A stretch of 64,000 nucleotides of DNA from Octopus bimaculoides (taxonomy: Eukaryota). Positions 41,779 through 53,599 of this stretch are shown in pieces. Every line of letters starts with the position of its first letter. Positions within the stretch are counted from its first letter, which is position 1. The notes beneath the pieces are model-generated. The model had not been told where the DNA came from. It worked only from the letters and a program-made list of their open reading frames with translations, and ran no database searches. Both the position numbers and the translations under genes were made by a program. Location of the stretch: the NCBI RefSeq assembly GCF_001194135.2, contig NC_068984.1, positions 98,821,258-98,885,257 of the forward strand, written 5' to 3'.

Positions 41779-42084
41779 TGTACTGTCTCGTGATAGAAAA
41801 TTCAACAAAAAATGTATTCCATCTGGTGAGAGATAAATATTATTTATTTAAAGGTCATAATACATTTATTAAAGCACTGCTAACAGTTTCATATATTGAG
41901 AAAACTCAAGCATGTTCTTCAGGAGCAAACCGCGTATCATAATGAGCTAAAAAAAATTGAATAATAGAAGTAACATGAAAAAACTGAGAAGGCAGCATAT
42001 AGAAAACGTACAAAGTAAATAACAGATAACAAAAATATAAAAACTAAATGTAAAAAATAGAAAGTAAAAAGTAAAAACCGATGT

Positions 42085-42790
42085 ATGATTAAATCTATCA
42101 TATATGAGGCAGAAGTTACTGCAATCCTAAATAATAATACAGCTGGTAAGAAGATTCATACTGGATTATGTGCAGGTAAATTTAAATATTGCTATGCCAA
42201 TCACATCGCCTCTTTCCAAGATAGGGACAAAAGTAAAGCTACTAACATTATTTACATTATTTACATTTGACAGGTATTTGTCCTCAGCTTGTTTCAGATG
42301 ATATACCCTCCAGCTTTCATCAGAGCATATGGTGCAGTAGTTAAGAGCACAGGCTACTAACCCCAAGATTCTGAGTTCGATTCCAGGCAGTGACTGCATA
42401 ATAATAATAATAATAATAATAACAACAACAACAACATCGAAAAATACCTTAGGAATGAGAACCCAGGTTTGAAATTTCCCCAAGACACCTGATGAAAGCT
42501 GGAGGGTATGTCAGCCGAAATGTGTTAACAACAAACAAGATGAGGACAAATATCTGTCAAATGTAAATAATGTACATAATTCCTCATCTCTTAAATATAG
42601 AACTGTAAAGCTACTAGGTTGGCTAGCTATGTATGGACTTTGAAAGATAACGAAATAGAAAGCAATTGAGAAATCCATACCTCATGTTAATGGATAGAAT
42701 AAGAACCCTAACTATCTATTGAACTCCAAGTCAGAAATTTTCAACAGTTGCACGCATATGTATAAATATATTTTGAATAATTGGAAAATT
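42085..42790 (+). mobile_element. Penelope-like GIY-YIG relic interrupted by an insertion at 42245-42604
   Basis: IIYEAEVT...KKIHTGLCAGKFKYCYANHIASFQDRDKSKAT resumes after the insert as (KAT)RLASYVWTLKDNEIE...LLNSKSEIFNSCTH, a typical PLE endonuclease C-terminus. Confidence 0.7.
42245..42604 (+). mobile_element. SINE-like element: tRNA-like head, (TAA/CAA)n linker and hammerhead-bearing tail, preceded by an inverted partial tail copy; 12-bp TSD
   Basis: TSD gtaaagctacta at 42233-42244 and 42605-42616. Head 42323-42395 has A-box-like tggtgcagtagtt and B-box gagttcgattcc. CTGATGA at 42489-42495 and GAAA at 42517-42520. 42245-42323 is a reverse-complement copy of the tail. Confidence 0.8.
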
Positions 42791-43220
42791 CCGCCTATTC
42801 CTGACTGACTTGATGTTTTCCTGCCTTATCATTTAAAGTCGAAGGAGGATAACTCTTTTTCGTTTTTACTTTGTATTTTTTACATTTTAGTTTTTATATT
42901 TCTGTTTATTTTCTGACTTTTCTATATGATGCCTTCTCAGTTTTTGTCTGTTTTTCTTAGTTCATTATCATATGTGGTTTGTGCCTGAAAAATATGTTGG
43001 AGTTTTATCAACATTTGAAACTATTAGTAGTGCTTTCATACATGTATTGTGACCTTTAAATAAATAATGTATATATACATAAAATATACATGTATGTATG
43101 TATGTATGTATGTATATATATATATATATGTAAAGAATAAAAAGTTTAGAAAGGTATAACAATGCACTATAGAACAAAAAATGGACTATATACCTGTTGT
43201 AACTTGATTATCTATAGTCC

Positions 43221-43256
43221 GATGATATTTCGGAATTAGAATTCCTTCTTCAGATC
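43221..43256 (-). ncRNA. Minimal type I hammerhead ribozyme (intact core)
   Basis: gat-CTGAAGA-a-ggaat-tcta-attcc-GAAA-ta-TC-atc. Confidence 0.7.
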
Positions 43257-43936
43257 TTATTTGCTGGAGTCTCTGCTATAAACTGTTTTCCAACGGTTTT
43301 TCTTTTTTTGGAAGCGTCTCAGTAGTGGTCTCACGAAGCTTCTTCTGGAATTCCTCATGAGAAGTGCGTGAGGTCGGCTGTTTCAATCTCGTGTGTGTTG
43401 TGTTGGTACATCTGTGGCGCTGCTTCTAAGTTATGTGTTATACGTGCAGCTTCTCTTTTTCTTTTTTTCCCTTTTTTTTGTTGTAAACAATATATGAGGA
43501 TGTTATTAAGAAACTGACAAAAGCATAACAGTCACAATTGAGGCCAATGAAAGAAATTTGGGTGATTTAAGAATCAAGGAAGCTTTACTCATACACAGAC
43601 TAGGACCCCAAATTAACAACAGCCTAGAGGTTGGTAATCAATATATTATTTAGCTATATCTGGATGTGTGTAGGTTCATTCTTAATAACATCCTCATGTA
43701 TTGTTTGCAACAAAAAAAGAAGGGAAAAAAAGAAAAAGAGAAGCTGCACGTATAACACATAACTAAGAAGCAGCGCCACAGATGTACCAACACAACACAC
43801 ACGAGATTGAAACAGCCGACCTCACGCACTTCTCCTGAGCAATTCCGGAAGAAGCTTTGTGAGACCACTACTGAGACGCTTCCGAAAAAAGAAAAACCGT
43901 TGGTAAACAGTTTATAGCAGAGACTCCAGCAAATAA

Positions 43937-43972
43937 GATCTGAAGAAGGAATTGTAATTCCGAAATATCATC
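43937..43972 (+). ncRNA. Minimal type I hammerhead ribozyme (intact core)
   Basis: gat-CTGAAGA-a-ggaat-tgta-attcc-GAAA-ta-TC-atc. Predicted cleavage 3' of C43969. Confidence 0.7.
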
Positions 43973-44164
43973 GGACTATAGATAACCAAATTACAACAGG
44001 TATATAGTCCATTTTTTGTTCTATAGTGCATTGTTATATCTTTCTAAACTTTTTATTCTTTACAAACAATACACAATGCTTCAAATGAACTACAATACTC
44101 TCTTATATATATATATATATGTATGTATATATATGTATATATATATATATATATGTATATCATC

Positions 44165-45965
44165 ATCATCATCGTCGTCATTTAACGTCTGCTTTCCATG
44201 CTGGCATGGGTTGAATGGTTTGACTGAGGGCTGGCAAGCCAGAAAGCTTCACCAGGCTCCAATTTAATCTTGCAAAGTTTCTACAGCTGGATGCCCTTCC
44301 TGATGCCAACCACTCTGAGAGTGTAGTGGGTGCTTTTTACATGCTATCTGCATGAAGGCCAGTATGGCAGTACTGGTATCGACCATGCTTGAATGGTGCT
44401 TTTTATGTGTCACTGGTACAGGAGCCTGTCAAGTGGCACTGACAATGATCATGCTCAAATGGTGCTTTTTATGTGCCACCGGCACAGGACCAGTCAAGCG
44501 GTACTGGCTTTGACCATGCTCAAATGGTGCTTTTTACATGCCACCAGCATGGGTGCCAATCAGTTGGTACTGTCATCAGTCAGGACAATGACTTCACTTG
44601 ACTCAACAGGTCTTCACTAGAACAGTTTATTACCCAATGATTGAAGGGTACTCTTAGATGGGCCAGTTGTGCTGCACTGGTATAGACCACGGTTATGATC
44701 TCACTTGGCTTGCCAGGTCTTCTCAAGCACTGCATATCTCCAAAGGTCTCAGTCACTTGTCATCACTTCTGTGAGGCCCAATGTTCGAAAGTCATGCGTC
44801 ACCACCTCATCCAAGGTCTTCCTGTTCTACCTCTTCCACAGCTTCTCTCAACTGCTAGGGTGTGACATTTTTCACACAGCTGTCCTCATCCATACACAAC
44901 ACATCACCATACCAGCGCAGTCGTGTCTCTCTTGCACACCACATCTGATGTTTCTTAAATCCAACTTTTCTCTCAGGGCACATACACTCTGTCGTGTATG
45001 CACACTGACATTACACATCCAGTGGAGCATACTGACTTCATTCCTTGTGAGCTTACGCATGTCCTCAGCAGTCACAGCCCATGTTTCACTGCTATGTTGC
45101 ATGGCTGTTTGCACACATGCATCATACAGTCTACCTTTTACTGTGAGCGAGAGGCCCTTTGTCGCTCAGGCTATTCTTATTCTAGCAGCTACACTCTCAG
45201 AGCATCCACCCCAGCTACCGACTTGGTCACCTAGGTAACTGAAGCTATTAACTACTTCTAATTTTCCCCCCTGGCATGTGATGGAAGCTGTTTTCTGCAC
45301 ATTTCCAGTGTTTATTACCCCTGAGCATTTGCCACACACAAAAACTATCTTCTTAGTTAGCCTTCCTTTGAAATTGCTGCACCTCTTATGTGTCCATAGC
45401 TTACACTGGGTACATCTTATAGAGTTTCTACCTACACCTTTTCTACAGATCGAGCAGGGCCATCTACCTGAATGGATTTGTGATTTGTCTGCCTTCCTAT
45501 CTATTAAGACTTTGGTTTTTACTAGATTGACTCTAAGGCCCTTCGATTCTAGTCCTTGCTTCCACACCTGAAACTTCTCCTCTAGTTCTGATAGTGACTC
45601 CTCTGTTAGAACAATGTCATAGGCATAGAGAAGCTCCCAGGGGCATCTTGTCTTGAATTCCTCTGCTATTACCTGGAGGAAGATGATGAATAAGACGGGG
45701 ATGAGGACTGATCCTTGGTAGACCCCTACCCCTACCTGGAATTCTTCACTATACTTGTTACCAACCTTCACCTTACTGACAGCATCCCTGTACATGGCTT
45801 GTACATCTCTCACTAACCATTCATCTATTCCCAGTTTCCACATTGATCACCAGATAAGGGAGCAGGAGACCCTGTCAAAGGCTTTCTCCATGTCAACGAA
45901 AGCCAGATACGGAGGTTTATCTTTGGCTAGATACTTCTCCTGCAGCTATCTTATGAGAAATATAG
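44165..45965 (-). mobile_element. 5'-truncated RTE-clade LINE (RT, zinc-finger insert, 3' UTR with about 65-bp tandem repeats)
   Basis: FVDMEKAFDRV, then GVYQGSVLIPVLFIIFLQVIAEEFKTRCPWELLYAYD, then FSYLGDQVGSWGGCSESVAARIRIA. 3' UTR repeats atgctcaaatggtgctttttatgtgcc at 44380-44560. Confidence 0.92.
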
Positions 45966-46227
45966 CAACAGTGGTGCTATATTCCATGGCATAAACCCAA
46001 ACTACATCTTGTCTAAACTAACTCTTTCTAATTATGCAACACTAATGATAAATCTGTTATTTTAATGAGTTGTATCTATTTATCCCCTGGCAAGATACAT
46101 TTGCACTACCTGATGCTCCTGAACCAGTTGTTGAGTGTCCCACCCATGAAGGATTGATGCTAGATGTGTCGAAACAATTTCTGTGATTAATAAATTCTTG
46201 TATATTCCATCTTCCGTCTTTCATTTA

Positions 46228-46264
<37 letters not shown>

Positions 46265-46789
46265 ATAAATGCGAAAACTAATTTATGTGTGTCAGTGTGG
46301 CACACTTAGACCCCCCTCCTATTATCCAATGACACTCCTACTATTCCTCATGATGGAGTGAGAGTAATAGTAGGCATAGTAACTGTGAGGGTGGTGGCAA
46401 AGTCAGAGAGAGAAAGAAAGAAAAAGAGGAGGAGAGAAAGAGAGACAAAGAAATTTAGGGAGAGTTGATGTTTTATTAAAAGTAGTAGTGTTGACGGTGG
46501 CAGTGGGAGTAAAAATAAAAGGGAGAGAAAGCGTGGGTGTGTGAGAGAAAAAGGGAGCTAATGTACAACTTTGTTTAACCACGTCTCTTTGCTAGAAATT
46601 CCTGTTGCCAACATACTGAATACTATCATATTTGTTTTACTTTTTGCATTCTTTAATACACACACACACACACACATACACATAAAATACACTTTAATTG
46701 AAATAAAGTTTCCCCAAAATTAAGCATATCTAATATAATAAATGCGAATGTCAGTGTGTCACACATTTTCAACTTTAATAAATCCTTTC

Positions 46790-46990
46790 TACTGGAAACA
46801 CAATTTTGGGGGTAGGGACTAAGTCGATTACATCAACCCTAGTACGTAACTAGTACTAATTTTATAGACCCCCGAAAGGATGAAAGGCAAAGTCGACCTT
46901 GGCTGTATTCGAACTCAAAACCTAACAGTAGATGAAATACCGCTAAGCATTTTGCCTGGTGTGCTAACGATTCTGCCAGCTCACCACCTT
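46790..46990 (-). mobile_element. tRNA-derived SINE (Deu/Nin-like domain)
   Basis: gaccccgaaaggatgaaaggcaaagtcgacc...ttcgaactc...ccgctaagcattttgcctggtgtgctaacgattctgccagctc. Confidence 0.8.
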
Positions 46991-47089
46991 AACATAATAA
47001 TATAATATAGTATAATATAATAAATGTGAATGTCACTGTGTCACACTTTTTCAACTTTACTCCTAGAGCCCACAGCCCAACATATACCA

Positions 47090-49521
47090 TTTTGAAATCA
47101 GGCTGACTCCATGAGTAAATTAAAAACATTTCGGGCTGAATCCGTTCGTTGGAGGAAGCATATTCTGTATTGCCATCACCCTTGATGGGTCTGGCTTTTG
47201 TCCCCTTTCGTCAATTACTTGACCTAAATATTTGATTTTTTTTCATCAAATTTTCACACTTTTCCTCTATTAGTCTAAACCCATATTCATTTACTTTTCC
47301 GAATACTTTCTTAATATGTCTGAAGTGCTGCTCCATTGATTTGCAATCATTTAACAGTGCGTCCATGAATTTATGCAATCCACGGTATGTGTTGATTGTT
47401 AAAAGGTATGTACAATCTTCCTCTGTGTCTGTAGATAGGCCTCAGAGGGGTCTAACTTTGAGAAAATTTTTCCTCCATTTAGTTTTGAGAACACTTCTTC
47501 TGGGCTTAGTAATGGATAATTGTGTTCAACTAAACAATCATTTAATCCAGTTGAAAAGTCTGCACACACTCTTAGTTTATTATTTTTTTCTTTACATAAA
47601 CTGTTGGAGCTGCCCAGTCTGAATGATTGACTTTTTCAATTATAGCTAGACTTTCTAGTCATTCTAGCCCTTTATTGACCTGGTCCAATGTCACAAATGG
47701 CACATTTCGTTTGGGCCTAAAAACAGGTGTTGCCTTTTCTTTTACCACGATCCTTGGTTTTGTTTTAATGCAACAGCCTAATCCTTCCCAAAAAAACATT
47801 TGGAAACAATTTTTTTAATTTCTTTGTCTCGGTTGTTCAACTTCATTCAAATTTTTAAACATGTCAACTACATTTTCACAGAGAACACTATTGGGAATAT
47901 CCTACATTTCAAATAACTCCATGTATTCAGTACTAAATAAGTTTAGTGATTTTTTCATTTTCATTTCACCTTGAAAAGTTACATTGCAAATACATTTACC
48001 AATGAAATATCATTTCTTTCCAGTGATTTCATATACTACTTTATTTGATTTAAATAATTTCAGCTTACCGATTTGTCGCCATGTTTCTTCATTTATGATA
48101 GTGATGTCACTACCCATGTCTAATTACATTTTGACACAAGTGGTTTCGATTCTCAACTTGATGAATTTTCTGTTGTACAAACTTTTCCTCTGATGACAAG
48201 CTATTTTTTTCTCGTTTGGTCCAATTTTTCATCATCATAGTTCTGCAGTGTGATTTAATGTATCCTGTGTTCCCAGACTAACAACACTTTGCTTTTTTGA
48301 ATGGACCCTCTTTCCTTAGGTGCCTACCACCGCATGCCATATATTGGTTTATCTCCTGTTGTATATTGTGTTCTTTTGTGAAACACTTTATCTGTCTTCC
48401 AACTCTTCCGCACTGGTTTTATCTGTAAATGATCTCTGCATTGGATTTCTTCTGTGTCGTGCCCCTGGTTCATTCCAGCTTGTAAGAATTTTCATTCTGA
48501 CTTCTGCTTTCTTTTTAGCAGCAAGTCCCTGAACAAAAATTAGGCACTTGAACAAGTCTGGAGTTAGTTTATCTAGTTTAAATCCCTTACACTCTCTGTT
48601 CACTCTACCGGTATATGTGATGAAGTCTTTGTCTCACTTTTCTCCATGCTCAAACACTTCCAACGTGTGTTGAACAACAACGTTATTTTCACTGAACATC
48701 TTACATAAAATGTCAATTGTGTCTGTGAAATTTATGTTAGAAATTTTTTTAGGTAATATAAAATTACAGTATATCTCATGCTCTATCCTCACCAGTTTCC
48801 TCAGAATTAGAAAAGGTTTCATTTTGTCTATCCAGTCTCGGCATTCTTTTCCAAAAATTTGTTCAAATCCTTGGTAATATGCCTCAAAGGTGACTTTTTC
48901 TTCTGGGTCATATTTAAATTCATTTATTGAATTTGCTACATGGCCTGGCAAAAACGTATTTTCCAATTTTGTTACCAACTTCAATAGTTGTAGTATTTGT
49001 TACTGTAACATTTGTTGTTGTTCTTGAAGTTGTTGTTGTTTTGTCAACTCAGCTAAACCCTCTAACAAGTTTTCCATAATTTTACAGATTTTTCGCAAAG
49101 TATATACAGCAAAAATGTTTGTTACTCCTCTGTCAAGTTTTTAATTTCTCCACACGAAAAAAGTTTTGAATGTTGTCCACGTGAATTGTTTATTTTCTCA
49201 TGAAAAAACAAAGTTTTTTTTTTAATGTTGTCCATGTGAATTGTTTATATCCTCATCGCCACTGTTATAATGTGGATTCTCATCCACTTGTATGTTATTG
49301 TCAGCACTGTAATATTCTTGTCACCACTATTATGTTGTGACAGTATTCTGCTTCTTATCTTTGACTTGTCTATCGTGCTATTGCTGGTAGCTCTACAAGA
49401 CAATGACTTTGAGATGTCTACCTTGATGGTAACTCAAACTTGTATTTATCACGTAACTGACATTGACACTGAGTCCAACTGAGAACTCATACAATGACTC
49501 TACTACTACTGACCCCCTACA
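47090..49521 (-). mobile_element. Decayed Ty3/gypsy LTR retrotransposon (5' LTR, PBS, gag, protease, partial RT), 3'-truncated
   Basis: gag-like VANSINEFKYDPEEKVTFEAYY..FEQIF, protease-like LDMGSDITIINEETW, RT-like ATPVFRPKRNVPF..WAAPTVYVKKK. PBS-like TGGCGATGAGG at 49251-49261 (-) abuts the LTR. Confidence 0.85.
49263..49521 (-). repeat. 5' LTR of the gypsy element (TG...CA)
   Basis: The minus strand begins tgtagggggtcag and ends attataaca, followed by gtggcgatgagg. Confidence 0.7.
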
Positions 49522-50024
49522 ATGACTAAGCTAGTGGATTAGAGGTGGAGAGAGTGTATGTATTAGAGAGTACCAATAACTTAGAACATGTACGTTTGCT
49601 TGGATGGCCAAGGAAGGGAAGAGAAGAGACAGTGACAACATCAGGAGTTTCAGGTGAAAGGAGAAAGTGTATGCTGGAAAAGGCAGGGATTTTTGGGGTA
49701 GAGTATGTGAGGGAGAATGATTGACAACAGCAAACTCACTTGCTAAATCCATATGTAAAGCATTATCAAAACCACATCACAAAAACATAAGGATTCTTCT
49801 TTATGGTCAGGAAGTACTTTAGCCAGGGTAAGATGCTGACTCATGTAGAAATCTTTTGTAACCTAACCAATACTATTTAGCTTTGGTCTTCTATACTTTC
49901 AGCCATCACTTTCTTTCTCTCTCTCCCCTCTCTCTCTTGGGTCACTGCTATTACTACCCAACTCTTACTCTTGCCTTTATCTTATCAACTACTCTTACTG
50001 TTGTCCACCATATATATATATCAT

Positions 50025-50279
50025 CATCATCATCGTTTAACATCCGCTTTCCATGCTAGCATGGGTTGGACGATTTGACTGAGGACTGGTGCAACCGGAT
50101 GGCTACACCAGGCTCCAATCTAATTTGGCAGAGTTTCTACAGCTGTATGCCCTTCCTAACGCCAACCACTCAGAGAGTGTAGTGGGTGCTTTTACGTGTC
50201 ACCCGCACGAAAACGGCCACGCTCGAAATGGTGTCTTTTATGTGCCATCCGCACAAGAGCCAGTCCAGGGGCACTAGCA
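50025..50279 (-). mobile_element. RTE LINE 3' tail fragment running into a gap
   Basis: catcatcgtttaacatccgctttccatgctagcatgggttggacg... matches the tails at 4040 and 44165. Further tail copies lie at about 6690-6830, 21560-21730, 34130-34560 and 39850-40490. Confidence 0.85.
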
Positions 50280-50952
50280 NNNNNNNNNNNNNNNNNNNNN
50301 NNNNNNNNNNNNNNNNNNNNNNNNNNNNNNNNNNNNNNNNNNNNNNNNNNNNNNNNNNNNNNNNNNNNNNNNNNNNNNNNNNNNNNNNNNNNNNNNNNNN
50401 NNNNNNNNNNNNNNNNNNNNNNNNNNNNNNNNNNNNNNNNNNNNNNNNNNNNNNNNNNNNNNNNNNNNNNNNNNNNNNNNNNNNNNNNNNNNNNNNNNNN
50501 NNNNNNNNNNNNNNNNNNNNNNNNNNNNNNNNNNNNNNNNNNNNNNNNNNNNNNNNNNNNNNNNNNNNNNNNNNNNNNNNNNNNNNNNNNNNNNNNNNNN
50601 NNNNNNNNNNNNNNNNNNNNNNNNNNNNNNNNNNNNNNNNNNNNNNNNNNNNNNNNNNNNNNNNNNNNNNNNNNNNNNNNNNNNNNNNNNNNNNNNNNNN
50701 NNNNNNNNNNNNNNNNNNNNNNNNNNNNNNNNNNNNNNNNNNNNNNNNNNNNNNNNNNNNNNNNNNNNNNNNNNNNNNNNNNNNNNNNNNNNNNNNNNNN
50801 NNNNNNNNNNNNNNNNNNNNNNNNNNNNNNNNNNNNNNNNNNNNNNNNNNNNNNNNNNNNNNNNNNNNNNNNNNNNNNNNNNNNNNNNNNNNNNNNNNNN
50901 NNNNNNNNNNNNNNNNNNNNNNNNNNNNNNNNNNNNNNNNNNNNNNNNNNNN

Positions 50953-50988
<36 letters not shown>

Positions 50989-51197
50989 CAGTAGGTGAGA
51001 TCTGGAGATGCTCAATATAGAAAACACATAGTAGTGCTCAAATGATTTGAACTTAAATTGTGAAGTCTTTATTGTAAGAGAAATCCAGGTGAGCTTTATA
51101 TGGAAATTGTGATGTAGATAAACATAATTAGGCTTGATATATACAAATACATATACACATATAGATATATATTGGGATATGTATATAGATAATAGAG

Positions 51198-51420
51198 ATA
51201 TGTGGCATAGTGGTTAAGGTATTGGACTCATGATTGTAAGATTGAGGTTTTTGTTTCCTGGACAGGGTGATGCATTGTGTTCTTGAGCAAGACACTTCAT
51301 TTCACATTACTCCAGTCCACTCAGCTGGGAAAAATGAGTAATCTGGCAATGGATCAGCATCCCATCTAGGTGGGAAATATATATGCCACTGAAACCAGGA
51401 AACCAGACCTTATGATCTGA
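51198..51420 (+). mobile_element. tRNA-derived SINE with CORE/V-like domain
   Basis: gtggcatagtggttaagg (A-box-like), then tgtgttcttgagcaagacacttcatttcac..ccagtccactcagctg..aatgagta. Confidence 0.7.
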
Positions 51421-52540
51421 CATGATTCCAGAAGAAAACATTTATTTCATGTTTTTTTTGTATATATATAGATACAAAAACTCAATACATTCAGAAGATA
51501 TTTATGTATATTGAAAAATTAAACGTATTTTTATATAGAGTATAAAAAATACAGAAAACTAAGCAGGGAGTGCATAGCTTTTTAACTCAACAGCTGTTTC
51601 TGGGAGCTTGGAGGTATGTAATAATTGTAATGTTCATAATTAGCAGAGGAGATGTGTAAAAAGTCATGGAGAGATGGATACATAGAGACATTACTATAAT
51701 CTCAGCTTCCTTCATCTGGAGGGGAGATTGGCAGGTAGCAATTCACATCATGGTGTGAAAGATTTAAAGGTTAAAACCCTGTATTTTTTATACTTCATGT
51801 AAAAGTAAATTTATTTGTTAATATATATATAAATATTTATATGCCAGAACATGTGTTTATCTTCTGAATATATTTAGGTTTTATATAATATATATATATG
51901 CCCCTATCTATGTAACTATATTTTGTATATATATGTATATTTATATATATCAGGCCTAATCGTGTTTAACTGTATCACTATCTCTCTCCCTCTCTATATA
52001 TACATATATACATGTGTGTGTGTGTGTGTGTGTGTGTATGAAACATAATTAGTTACAGAATATAGGTACAGACACAGAGATCGGTGAACATGATAATAAG
52101 GTAATTCGAAACATAATTATATACAACTAATGTCATATATATGTGTGTAATAGGTTTCATGACACTGTATATAAATAAAATAGGAAATACATAATGGAGA
52201 TTGTGTATTTGATGTCTTTTAAACATACCCACATGTATATGTGTGTATCTATGGAAATATGGTTCTGTAATAGAATGTGTGCAAGTGAATAGCTATTATG
52301 TGTGTATTACATAAATGGATGTATGAATTCATATATTTGTATATGTTTGTGTGTGTGTGTGTTTGTGTGTTTGTGTGTGTGTACACGTACAAATGCATAC
52401 AAACTCACACACACGTCAGTATCACAATATTGTATATTGAAAGAGGAGGGTAAGAGATTAAGTATGTGTTGAGCATTACAATACCATCTACAATAATAAT
52501 AATAATAATATATTTACATTAAAAATAATAATAAAAATAA

Positions 52541-52572
<32 letters not shown>

Positions 52573-53278
52573 ATAATGATGATGATAATAATATTAAACT
52601 TCAGCATTATTATTTCCTTCTGTTTTTTGTTTCATTTATTTCAAATGAAATCAAATCATATTAGAACAAAATACAATACAATATCATATATATTATATAT
52701 ATTTTAAATGTCCATATACTCTAAATGTCAATAAATAGAGCAGAAAATATGGAAGTAGATATAGTGTAGAAGTCTATTTCAGTAATTCACCGTGAATTTA
52801 GAATTATTGTCTTGTCTATTATTTCTTATTGCTTAAATGATTTGGCTTACAACAATCCCTATATTTGGAAATAATTCCACTATTATGTATGACTCTTTCC
52901 TATTTGCCATCTTTATTCAGTGATGTAGTTTGGAGGATTGAAAAATCAGGAAAATAATAAAGAAATTTTAAAAATATTTCTGTGAGTAGGTGGCAGAAAT
53001 GTATTCTGAAAAACTCTTCTACATTTGTTTTGTCTGTATCCATGAGATAATGGCCCTTCAGTTTGTTGCAGTGATTATTGGTTGGTCGGATGGTTGATGG
53101 TTGATTAGTCAGTTGGATGGATAGTCAGTGGGTTGTTTGTTTGCTGTATGTCTTTCATCTAGATCTTATTTCTATAGCCACCAAGTAGGAATCACATTAC
53201 ATAATTAAACCTGTATCTTTGTATGTATGTGGCAATATGGAAATATGTTTGTACATATGCATGACTATATATTTAGAA

Positions 53279-53309
<31 letters not shown>

Positions 53310-53599
53310 GAGTGTGTGAGAAATTCACCACATATATATATGTATGTATGTATGCATATATATATATATATATATATGTATGTACATCTTCACACAACCA
53401 ACACATATATATACAAGCACACATTTATGTAATTTATATATATCACTGTAGAGAGAGCCATAAAAACTTGGAAATAGGCTTAGAATGATTGGAAGAATGT
53501 AGAGAAGCAAAACATGATATCAGGTAATTAGGATAGAAGCTTTACAACAGTTATATTTAGAAAGGGAAAAAGCAGAAAGTAAAATATTTACCAATGTTT

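Larger units (their letters stand above)
43130..44060. mobile_element. 5'-truncated Penelope-like element with inverted pseudo-LTR (fold-back)
   Basis: 43130-43511 is the reverse complement of about 43680-44060. The central segment encodes TDKSITVTIEANERNLGDLRIKEALLIHRLGPQINNSLEVGNQYII* (+), matching the 27742 ORF. Confidence 0.88.

Noticed and set aside
42323-42395. Bona fide tRNA gene
   Set aside because: The acceptor stem does not close and there is no T-run terminator. It is a SINE head inside a TSD-bounded insert.
44380-44560. Regularly spaced repeats of about 65 bp resembling a CRISPR array
   Set aside because: The units are tandem and similar throughout, with no unique spacers. They are part of the RTE 3' UTR in a eukaryotic context.
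46109-46180. CTGATGC...GAAAC hammerhead-like remnant
   Set aside because: The core is broken (no GA after CUGAU) and there are no convincing stems.
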